A DNA stretch of 64,000 nucleotides from an uncultured Thermoplasmatales archaeon. GTDB lineage: Archaea; Thermoplasmatota; SW-10-69-26. Within the stretch, counting starts at the first letter, position 1, and each line of letters starts with the position of its first letter. The notes beneath the pieces are model-generated. The model ran no database searches. It saw only the letters and a list, made by a program, of their open reading frames with translations, and was not told the DNA's origin. Below are positions 1-6,816 of this stretch, piece after piece. A program made the translations under genes and the position numbers. The stretch lies in assembly GCA_964396185.1 (NCBI GenBank), contig CAYNEI010000009.1, forward strand, positions 3,057 to 67,056, read 5' to 3'.

Positions 1-14
1 TACCCTAGCCATCC

Positions 15-680
15 ATGAAGCTGGCTGTCTGGCTTCCCGCCACCCAAAGGTTTTCCTGGAGCCTCGTCTACCTCCCCTTCGTGGGCCGCTCCTGGCACGA
101 GAAGCGCAAGCGCGACGGGTTCTACAAGAAGGCCAAGCGTGAGGGCTACCTCTCCCGAGCCGCCTACAAGCTCAAGGAGATCAACCGAGAGAACACGGTC
201 ATGCGCGAGGGAGCCACCGTGGTCGACCTCGGTGCCGCCCCTGGCGGCTGGAGCCAGGTGGCCAAGGAGATCGTAGGGGAGAGCGGCAAGGTCATCGCCG
301 TGGACCTCAAGCGCATCGACGCTGAGGACGTCATCGCCATCCGCGGCGACATGACCGAGGACGCCACCCTCGACGAGGTGCGCGAGGCCGCCGACGGACC
401 GGTGGACTGCGTGCTCTCGGACATGAGCCCGAACATCTCCGGCAACTACTCCATGGACCACGCCCGCTCGGTCTACCTCTGCGAGAGCGCCCTGGAGGCC
501 GCGCGCAAGCTCCTGCGCCCTGGCGGCGGCTTCGTGGTCAAGGTCTTCCAAGGCGACCTCTTCAAGCCGTTCTACGACGAGGTGGGCCGCGCCTTCGAGT
601 ACCACACAGCCACCTCGCCCAAGGCCACCCGCAAGGGGTCCAGCGAGATCTACGTCATCGGGGAGCGGTTCCGTGGCTGA
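15..680 (+). CDS. rlmE: 23S rRNA 2'-O-ribose methyltransferase, RlmE/FtsJ family
   Basis: FtsJ signatures YLSRAAYKL, SAM-binding VVDLGAAPGGWSQV, LSDMSPNISG and FVVKVFQG. The first ~22 aa look non-native; GTG at 81 is an alternative start. Confidence 0.9.
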   Translation: MKLAVWLPATQRFSWSLVYLPFVGRSWHEKRKRDGFYKKAKREGYLSRAAYKLKEINRENTVMREGATVVDLGAAPGGWSQVAKEIVGESGKVIAVDLKRIDAEDVIAIRGDMTEDATLDEVREAADGPVDCVLSDMSPNISGNYSMDHARSVYLCESALEAARKLLRPGGGFVVKVFQGDLFKPFYDEVGRAFEYHTATSPKATRKGSSEIYVIGERFRG

Positions 681-1215
681 CCTCCCATCCCCGCCCATCG
701 CACCGAAGCTCTCAGGCGAGGGCGTCCACATGGTCCGCGACGTGCTCCAGGGCCTCGACCAGCTCGAGGTCTTCGAGGAGATCCGCGGCGAGCTGGACGG
801 CGAGGAGCTGCTGGCCCAGGCAACGGTCCTCTGCTTCCATGGTGATGGCTACCCACGGGTCGACGATCACACCGGCCACATCCTATGCCCAGAGGAGTAC
901 ACGCGCACCCACGACCCCCTGATCGTCTACCTGGACATCCTCCACGAGCTCGTTCACGTGCGCCAGGTCCTCCAGGGTCAGCAGGTCTACCACTTCCCCG
1001 AGCCGTACGTGGATTGGCCCACGGAGATCGAGGCCTATGCCATCTCGTACCGGGAGGCCCAACGCCTCGGCGTGTCCGACGCGTGGTTCTGGGACTACCT
1101 GGTGGTGCCGTGGATGGAGATCGAGGACATGGCCCGGCTGGCAGGCTCGATCGGCTTGGAGGTCCCGGAGGGGGCGCTTGAGCCGTCCGACGACCGTGAG
1201 GGTGCCAGGCACTGA
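673..1215 (+). CDS. hypothetical protein with HExxH (HELVH) metalloprotease-like motif
   Basis: 180-aa ORF with a GTG start overlapping the rlmE stop by 8 nt. Single LHELVHV motif followed by EIEAY. GC3-rich codons. No family recognised by eye. Confidence 0.55.
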   Translation: MADLPSPPIAPKLSGEGVHMVRDVLQGLDQLEVFEEIRGELDGEELLAQATVLCFHGDGYPRVDDHTGHILCPEEYTRTHDPLIVYLDILHELVHVRQVLQGQQVYHFPEPYVDWPTEIEAYAISYREAQRLGVSDAWFWDYLVVPWMEIEDMARLAGSIGLEVPEGALEPSDDREGARH

Positions 1216-1293
1216 ATATCGAAGGTTTCGGGCCCCCTAAGCTCCGTCTTCCTTTTGTAGGGGCGGCGCCTCATCACAGGTGAGCTGTTGACC

Positions 1294-1797
1294 ATGCCTG
1301 CCCTCACCGAGGATCTCCGGGACCTCTGCAACGACCAGATCACCAACGAGCTGTACGCCAGCCACCTCTACCTCTCCATGGCCGCCTACTTCGACGACCG
1401 GGACCTGCCAGGCTGTGCGGCCTGGATGCGTGCCCAGTCCGACGAGGAGCGCGACCACGCCATGCGGTTCTACGACCACCTGGTCGAGCGCGAGGGCCGC
1501 ATCGAGCTCGAGGGGCTCGACGCCCCCGAGACGAGCTGGGAGAGCCCCCAGGCCGTCTTCGAGGAGGCTTTGGCCCACGAGGAGCGCGTCACTGGGCAGA
1601 TCTACGAGATCTACGCGGCAGCGGAGAAGAACGGTGACTACGCGCTCAAGGTGTTCCTGGACTGGTTCGTCGAGGAGCAGGTCGAGGAGGAGCGCACCGC
1701 CAAGCAGATCCTCCACCTCTTCCGGGCCATGGGCGACGACCCCGGCGCGGTCTACGAGATCGACCGGCGCCTGGCCGAGCGCGGCAGCGAGGTCTAA
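1294..1797 (+). CDS. ferritin (non-heme, Ftn-like)
   Basis: Ferritin di-iron site pattern (NELYASHLYLSMAAYF, DEERDHAMRFYDH, ALAHEERVT, FLDWFVEEQVEEE). ATG at 1294 preferred over the upstream TTG at 1288. Confidence 0.9.
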   Translation: MPALTEDLRDLCNDQITNELYASHLYLSMAAYFDDRDLPGCAAWMRAQSDEERDHAMRFYDHLVEREGRIELEGLDAPETSWESPQAVFEEALAHEERVTGQIYEIYAAAEKNGDYALKVFLDWFVEEQVEEERTAKQILHLFRAMGDDPGAVYEIDRRLAERGSEV

Positions 1798-1807
1798 GCG
1801 ACGACCG

Positions 1808-1846
1808 GAACACGAAGGCCACGAAGAGGACACGAAGGGCACGATG
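1808..1846. repeat. orphan half-arm of the periodic repeat family (CACGAAGG units)
   Basis: GAACACGAAGGCCACGAAGAGGACACGAAGGGCACGATG directly after the ferritin stop. No complementary CCTTCGTG arm before trm1. Confidence 0.6.
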
Positions 1847-1897
1847 CGGACCAGCGACGGCCGGCCGCTGCCGAGCGGGGCAGTGAGGTCTAGACGC

Positions 1898-3031
1898 TCA
1901 CTCACGAGGGAAGCTCAGCTTCTCGAAAACGCGCATAGCGTCCTTGCACGTGCCGTCGTACCCGATGGCCATGGGGCTGTAGTGGAGCCGTGCGGCTGGC
2001 AGCCCCGCCTCCTCGAGGGCCTTGAGGAGCGCGTTGCGCGGGGGTGGACCTGGCACGCTGAGCGCCTTGCTGGCCTGCTCGACATCCAGGTAGAACGGAC
2101 CCAGCGGGGCTTCTGCGATGAGCCGGTCGAGCAACCGCTGGGCCTCGACAGGCTCGGCGAGCTCGGCATCGTCGAGCTGGTCGCGCATCTGGGAGAGCAC
2201 CGTGGCGTCGTGGAGCGGACCCATGGCATACGGCCCCGTCGGCGCCCCCTGGCCGCACCGACACGCTTCTAGATCCCAGTGCTGACAGGCCCGGCAGAGC
2301 ACGACCTCCTCTAAGGCGCGCACGGCATCATCGGCCGCTGCTGCACCGTCCTGGATGCGAACGATGGCCCGGATGGCGTGCTGGTGGTGGTGCACGAGCA
2401 CAGGGCTGGCCGCCCGGTCGAAGCGAGCCGCCTCCCGGATCACCGCGCCCACCAGGTAGCGGCTGGCCGCCGCCTTCCAGCCAGGCGCATCCCGGGGTGG
2501 GGGCTCACCCATGTAGCGACGCCGGCCGGCCACGCGCTTGACGCCGTGAAGCGCGGTGGTGTCCGTGGCGGTCATGGCCAGCAGGCCTCCATCGCGCACA
2601 GCGCGCACCGCCAGCGAGAGGAACGGGACCGGTGAGCCGTACGGGTCCAGCTCCACGAAGGACCACGCGTTCGTTGACAAGAGCGCGTTGAGATCCCCTT
2701 GCCGCACCTCGACATCGAGCCCGGCAGCCTGGGCGCTGGCTTGCGCGACCTCCAGGGCCCGCGGCGAGCGGTCGTTGAGGGTGACTGCCCAGCCCGGTGC
2801 CTCGTTGGCCACACGCAGGCCACGGATCCCAGTGGCAGCCAACCCATCCAGGAAGCTCAGGGGCCGCGGGCCCTGGGTGACCTGAGCCAGCAGCACCGTG
2901 ATATCGCGCGTGAGCGCCATGGCTGGGTTGTAGAAGGCAGCGCTGGCCTTGCCGGGTCCCCGGTTCGGGCCGGCGTGGCGCTCGGGCACCTGGAAGGTGG
3001 TCGCCCCCTCGCTCACCTTGGCCAGGTCCAC
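1898..3031 (-). CDS. trm1: tRNA (guanine26-N2)-dimethyltransferase Trm1
   Basis: FYNPAMALTRD, LDGLAATGIRGLR, ELDPYGSPVPFL, and a Cys cluster (CRACQHW...CRCG) typical of archaeal Trm1. GTG start about 25 nt from an AT-rich box. Confidence 0.9.
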   Translation of the reverse strand: MDLAKVSEGATTFQVPERHAGPNRGPGKASAAFYNPAMALTRDITVLLAQVTQGPRPLSFLDGLAATGIRGLRVANEAPGWAVTLNDRSPRALEVAQASAQAAGLDVEVRQGDLNALLSTNAWSFVELDPYGSPVPFLSLAVRAVRDGGLLAMTATDTTALHGVKRVAGRRRYMGEPPPRDAPGWKAAASRYLVGAVIREAARFDRAASPVLVHHHQHAIRAIVRIQDGAAAADDAVRALEEVVLCRACQHWDLEACRCGQGAPTGPYAMGPLHDATVLSQMRDQLDDAELAEPVEAQRLLDRLIAEAPLGPFYLDVEQASKALSVPGPPPRNALLKALEEAGLPAARLHYSPMAIGYDGTCKDAMRVFEKLSFPRE

Positions 3032-3051
3032 GATGTCTCCAAGTCCGTGCT

Positions 3052-3061
3052 CCTTTTAAGG
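3052..3061. promoter_or_regulatory. shared AT-rich box (CCTTTTAAGG) in the 50-bp divergent trm1 / membrane-protein intergenic region
   Basis: The only AT-rich stretch between starts at 3031 (-) and 3082 (+), lying about 21-30 nt from each start codon. Confidence 0.5.
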
Positions 3062-3081
3062 ACCATCCCCCTGGGACGGGC

Positions 3082-3792
3082 GTGGTCTCCCAGCTGCTCC
3101 TGGGCGTGCTGAACTTCCTGCCGGGCCTCTTGCTGCTCTACATCGTGCTCGGCGGCTATGAGGCGCACTTCGACGACCGGGCCATGTTCTTCGCCATCAT
3201 GGGGGGCCTGATCCTCGGGATCCTGCTCTGGATCGCTGAGGGCTTCATCATCACCGATGCGGGCATCCTGTTCATCGTGCCGGCGCTCACCCTGGTGGAG
3301 ACCATGGGCAAGACCATGTTCGCTGGCCTCCCGCGCTTCAGGGGCGAGCGCCAGACCGTGCTGCTCACAGGGGCCATGGCCATCGTCTTGGCCCCCATGC
3401 TCTTGATGTTCTACAGCCGGTTCATCCAGAACGCCCCCGTCGACACCTCGCTCATCATCCGCATCCTCTCGGTGGCCGTGGGCTACACGCTGGTCCACTT
3501 CGTGACCGGGATGATCGTCGGCCAGGGCCCAGCCCGTGGGAACTTGTTCGAGGGGTTCCTGCAAGGCACGCTCTGGCTTCTTCCCGTGCACGTGCTGCTG
3601 GGCTTGCTCGCCCTGGTCGAGCTCGATGGTGGGCTCGCTATCGCTTGGATGCAGGGTGATCTCGTCTGGGCCGTGCTCATCGCCGTCTACGGGATCGCGC
3701 TGTTCCTCTGGAAAGGGCCACGGCTGCTCGTGGAGGGGCTAGACCGCAAGGAGCGCAAGGCGTGGTATCGACAGCAACGCGAGCAGGCATGA
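3082..3792 (+). CDS. integral membrane protein (about 7 hydrophobic segments), function unknown
   Basis: 236-aa ORF with successive hydrophobic helices and a basic C-terminal tail (RKERKAWYRQQREQA). GC3-rich. Confidence 0.6.
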   Translation: MVSQLLLGVLNFLPGLLLLYIVLGGYEAHFDDRAMFFAIMGGLILGILLWIAEGFIITDAGILFIVPALTLVETMGKTMFAGLPRFRGERQTVLLTGAMAIVLAPMLLMFYSRFIQNAPVDTSLIIRILSVAVGYTLVHFVTGMIVGQGPARGNLFEGFLQGTLWLLPVHVLLGLLALVELDGGLAIAWMQGDLVWAVLIAVYGIALFLWKGPRLLVEGLDRKERKAWYRQQREQA

Positions 3793-3820
3793 GGCCTCAG
3801 GCCTCGGCGACCGGGTCGGG

Positions 3821-4369
3821 CTACTCCCCGTCCTCGTCCTTCCACGTCGAGACGATCTCGTCCCGGCGGATCTCGAGGGCTTCCTTGGCCATGCGCACGT
3901 CTCTGCGCGCCTGGGCCATGATCTTGTGCTCCTCCTGGTAGGGCTCGGAGTCCGCCAACCACTGCTTGAGACCAAGAAGCGAGGTCTCGACCATGTCGGC
4001 GTGCTCAAGCGAGTCGTCGTCCTTGTCGAGCACCTCCTCTGCCTCGTCCATGAGCTGGGCGCCCACGGAGAGCAGCGCACCAACGTTGGTCTCCTCATCG
4101 TCGGCCTCGAGGGGATCGCCGAAGAACCCAGCGATGGACTCCTCGAGCTTCGTCTTGGCCTCCCGCGCCTCGGCTCGCACGCGCACGAGATCGTCGTCAC
4201 CGTCCAGCATCTCTGAGTCGGCCAGGAACTCGTCGATGGTGGCTAGCTGGTTTTCCCAGATGTAGAGCTGGTCCTCGTCCTTGACCTCACGGTCGAGCGC
4301 ATCCTCAGCGTTGCGGATGTACGTCTCGCCCATATGGACGGCTTCCTTGGGCGACTCGAAGGCGGGCAC
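3821..4369 (-). CDS. acidic hypothetical protein
   Basis: 182-aa ORF, strongly acidic (D/E rich) and predicted helical. GTG start; an ATG alternative lies at 4333. Confidence 0.5.
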   Translation of the reverse strand: MPAFESPKEAVHMGETYIRNAEDALDREVKDEDQLYIWENQLATIDEFLADSEMLDGDDDLVRVRAEAREAKTKLEESIAGFFGDPLEADDEETNVGALLSVGAQLMDEAEEVLDKDDDSLEHADMVETSLLGLKQWLADSEPYQEEHKIMAQARRDVRMAKEALEIRRDEIVSTWKDEDGE

Positions 4370-4576
4370 GAGAGGGACAGCAGTGTCCTCCCCTGATGAG
4401 CTTTCTGCTCTGGGGCCGGGGACAACCGCGTGCTTCGCGCCGGTCGCACTCGGCCAGGATCGCGCAGCTGCACCGTCCGACTCACGGGGGCTGAAAAGCG
4501 AAGGGTTGAACAGGGGTCAGGCCAGATGGTGGCTCGGGATGCACTTGCCTGCCTGTACGGCGCGAGTGCAGCCGAG

Positions 4577-4753
4577 ATGATCATCATGACCAAGGACCCC
4601 GTCTGCGGCGCATCTGTCGAGGTCGAGCGGCACACCCCGAAGAAGCTGGTCGGCGGCGTCGTCTACCACTTCTGCTCGGAAGACTGCCGCAAGGAGTTCA
4701 CCGAGAACCCTGGCGACCATGTACAGACCCGCCGCACCTCCCCGATGAGGTAG
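4577..4753 (+). CDS. YHS/TRASH-type metal-binding domain protein
   Basis: MIIMTKDPVCGASV...YHFCSEDCRKEF matches the DPVCGM...YxFCSxxC pattern of YHS/TRASH domains. The upstream part of the 107-aa ORF looks non-coding. Confidence 0.65.
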   Translation: MIIMTKDPVCGASVEVERHTPKKLVGGVVYHFCSEDCRKEFTENPGDHVQTRRTSPMR

Positions 4754-4820
4754 CGCACTCGCCCTCCCGGGTCCGCCTGCGCTCCGAGCGGTGCCTTCGC
4801 GCCTCGTATGTTCGCGGCAC

Positions 4821-5495
4821 CTAACGGCGCAACCCAGAGCGGTCGTCAGCGCCGCGAGCGCTTGCCTCGGACGCCCCGGCCTGAGCGCCGGGTTCCGAGA
4901 CGTCCGTCACCGTGGTGGCCAGGTGGCGCAACGCCGTGGTCTCCTGGCTCGTGTGCATGCCCGAGATGATGCGACCGACCGAGATGGAGCCCAACCGAGG
5001 CGCCATGCTCGAAAGCGCTTGGACCACCCGGTAGCAGCTGTTGAGCCCCTCGAGCAAGAGTAGGCTTGAGAGGGAGTCCACGAGCACGTAGTGCTCGGGC
5101 GCTCGCTCGATCAAGCCGGCCTGGGCCTCCGAGAGCCCGAGCAGCAAGCCATCAGGCCCGTCGGCCTCGACGAAGATCGTGGCCGGATCGGTGTGGGCCC
5201 ACCCGACGCGGTGGGCATGCGAGTCGACGTAGACGATCAGCCCATCCTGTTCGGCCTGCTGGACGTCCACCCCGTGGCGCTCCAGGGCAGCCCGGAACTG
5301 GGGCGTGGCCTGGTCGAGCAGCACCGCGATCACCGGCACCTCGCGCGAGATGGCATCGGCTGCGATGCGCTCGACAAGCGGAGCGCTCGGGCCGTGAGGC
5401 TCATCCAGGAACAGATGCAAGCCTGGTTGGCTCGGGACGACCCACGCAGCGTCCTCTGGAGGCACACCTACCAATGGCGTCTCGGGGCACTTCAA
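4821..5495 (-). CDS. hypothetical protein, possibly a degenerate RecA/KaiC-like fold (no Walker A seen)
   Basis: C-terminal ~200 aa of the 279-aa ORF resemble KaiC-type domains (HYVLVDSLSSLLLLEG, ISVGRIISGMH), but no GxxxxGK[ST]. The start is uncertain (TTG 5495, TTG 5474 or GTG 5465). The ORF upstream of 5553 overlaps vapC out of frame. Confidence 0.35.
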   Translation of the reverse strand: MKCPETPLVGVPPEDAAWVVPSQPGLHLFLDEPHGPSAPLVERIAADAISREVPVIAVLLDQATPQFRAALERHGVDVQQAEQDGLIVYVDSHAHRVGWAHTDPATIFVEADGPDGLLLGLSEAQAGLIERAPEHYVLVDSLSSLLLLEGLNSCYRVVQALSSMAPRLGSISVGRIISGMHTSQETTALRHLATTVTDVSEPGAQAGASEASARGADDRSGLRR

Positions 5496-5553
5496 GGGTG
5501 GGGGTCGGGGAGCAGGGGCCCAAGGGGAACAAGTGCACTCGAGCAGCGGCTCG

Positions 5554-5955
5554 TCACGGGACCTCGTGGATCCGCTCGATGCCCGCCTTGTCGAAGTCGT
5601 CGTCGAAGCTGACGATGGCATCCAAGCCCTCGCGCTCGACGACGAGGAGCGCGTAGGCATCCGAGAGGCTCAAGCTGCCATCGAACCTGACGACGAGTTC
5701 CATGCTCTCGTCCAGATCCTCGGCGGTGGGCATATGCAGGACCATGTCGTCGCGCATGGCCTCGTAGGCGTGGCGGGCAGCCGTACCGCCGCGTCTGGAA
5801 CCCACGTTGGCGACGACCTCGGCCACGGCCAGGGCGTGGACGTGGAACGGCCGGCGGGCGTCGACCTCGGGCTTGAGGGCTTGGACTGCAAGGTGCCAGG
5901 GGTCGCGTGGGTCTGCCAGCGCGATCATGAACGAGGCGTCGATGAAGACCGGCAT
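5554..5955 (-). CDS. vapC: PIN-domain ribonuclease toxin VapC
   Basis: MPVFIDASFMIAL (N-terminal acidic Asp), central E/D residues and C-terminal FDDDF, as in PIN domains. Immediately downstream of an AbrB-type antitoxin gene. Confidence 0.85.
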   Translation of the reverse strand: MPVFIDASFMIALADPRDPWHLAVQALKPEVDARRPFHVHALAVAEVVANVGSRRGGTAARHAYEAMRDDMVLHMPTAEDLDESMELVVRFDGSLSLSDAYALLVVEREGLDAIVSFDDDFDKAGIERIHEVP

Positions 5956-5980
5956 CTAGGAGGGCTCCTCGAGCGTTAGG

Positions 5981-6217
5981 CTAGGTCTCTCCGCGCTGAG
6001 CACGCTTCTTGGCCTCCACCGCATCGCCCCCGCCAGCCCCGGGCGCGATCCCGACGATGTCCCAGAGGGTCTTCTTCCGGCGGAAGCGCACCCGCACCTC
6101 GCCGTCCTCGGTCTCCTCCCAGACGACGAGGTCGCCGGGCTCGATGCCGAACTTGTGGCGCAGCTCGGCCGGCACCTGGGTCTGGTTCGCATCAGTGACC
6201 TTGGTGGACGTGGACAT
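5981..6217 (-). CDS. vapB: AbrB/SpoVT-family antitoxin VapB
   Basis: 78-aa product; VTDANQTQVPAELRHKFGIEPGDLVVWEE matches the swapped-hairpin AbrB/MazE motif. ATG at 6217. The 201-aa ORF in the track is an upstream read-through of non-coding DNA. Confidence 0.8.
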   Translation of the reverse strand: MSTSTKVTDANQTQVPAELRHKFGIEPGDLVVWEETEDGEVRVRFRRKKTLWDIVGIAPGAGGGDAVEAKKRAQRGET

Positions 6218-6249
6218 ACAATGTAGTTCTTCGTTTACAATGTATATAT
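6218..6249 (-). promoter_or_regulatory. vapBC promoter/operator: direct repeat ACAATGTA x2 plus TATATAT box
   Basis: ACAATGTA at 6218-6225 and 6237-6244, followed by the TATATAT tract. This is the only AT-rich patch upstream of vapB. Confidence 0.5.
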
Positions 6250-6438
6250 GGGTTGTCCTTGTAGAGAGCATAGTCGTGACATCGCGGTCCCGGTCCATCG
6301 CTCCCGCGTCGGCCTTCGGCGCTCCGCGGGGCGATGGCCGGGCGCATCCCGACCGATCGCACCGGCTCTCGCGGTTGGGCGGGCGCGCTCGGTCGGGGTG
6401 CTTCCACGCCGGCGCCGCGGTGTCGACCGGCCTGGAAG

Positions 6439-6475
6439 TGGGCCTAGGCGGATTCGAACCGCGAGGGTCCGAGCT
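6439..6475 (-). other. tRNA 3'-portion-like fragment (T-arm plus acceptor 3' strand plus discriminator), no 5' half
   Basis: TGGGCCTAGGCGGATTCGAACC (6439-6460, + strand) is identical to 6661-6682 inside tRNA-Met. Beyond the identity the fragment still forms a GCGG/CCGC T-stem. No GGGCCTA acceptor 5' strand was found nearby. Confidence 0.6.
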
Positions 6476-6660
6476 CGGCGCCGCTGTATCGACCGAGCTC
6501 GGGCTTCTCCCGAACCTGGTGCGGTTGGGGGGTTCGGGCTCGCCTTCGCGCCCGGCGAGACCGAGAAACGGGTGCGAAGGCCCCACGAGCCGGATCGATT
6601 GTAGCAGGCTCGTGAGGGTTCGAATCCGCCTCTCTGGACCTTGGTCGCGATCTGGGTCTA

Positions 6661-6734
6661 TGGGCCTAGGCGGATTCGAACCACCGACCGACGGGTTATG
6701 AGCCCGTCGCTCTACCAGGCTAAGCTATAGGCCC
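6661..6734 (-). tRNA. tRNA-Met (anticodon CAU; elongator type, or Ile2 if C34 is modified)
   Basis: Minus-strand read GGGCCTA-TA-GCTT-AGCCTGGTA-GAGC-G-ACGGG-CTCATAA-CCCGT-CGGTC-GGTGG-TTCGAAT-CCGCC-TAGGCCC-A folds as a 74-nt cloverleaf. The G1-C72 pair argues against an initiator. Confidence 0.9.
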
Positions 6735-6816
6735 GCGAGCCGGCCAACCCATCTCCTCTGCTTAGGCTTGCCGAAGCCATGGACCCCGGCTTGAGCCGGG
6801 TTGAGCCTGTCCGGGG

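Noticed and set aside
4393-4490. Possible C/D-box sRNA (CUGAUGA at 4393, CUGA at 4487)
   Set aside because: The boxes are about 95 nt apart, with no C'/D' pair or terminal stem. That is too long for archaeal C/D sRNAs.
6439-6530. A second complete tRNA gene ending at 6439
   Set aside because: The T-arm, acceptor 3' strand and a possible anticodon stem are present. No acceptor 5' strand (GGGCCTA) or D-arm can be found within 300 nt on either side, so it is reported as a fragment only.
6218-6586. Upstream 123 codons of the 201-aa ORF containing vapB
   Set aside because: Low-complexity Pro/Arg/Ser translation that runs through the promoter and the tRNA-fragment region. The AbrB domain starts at the ATG at 6217.
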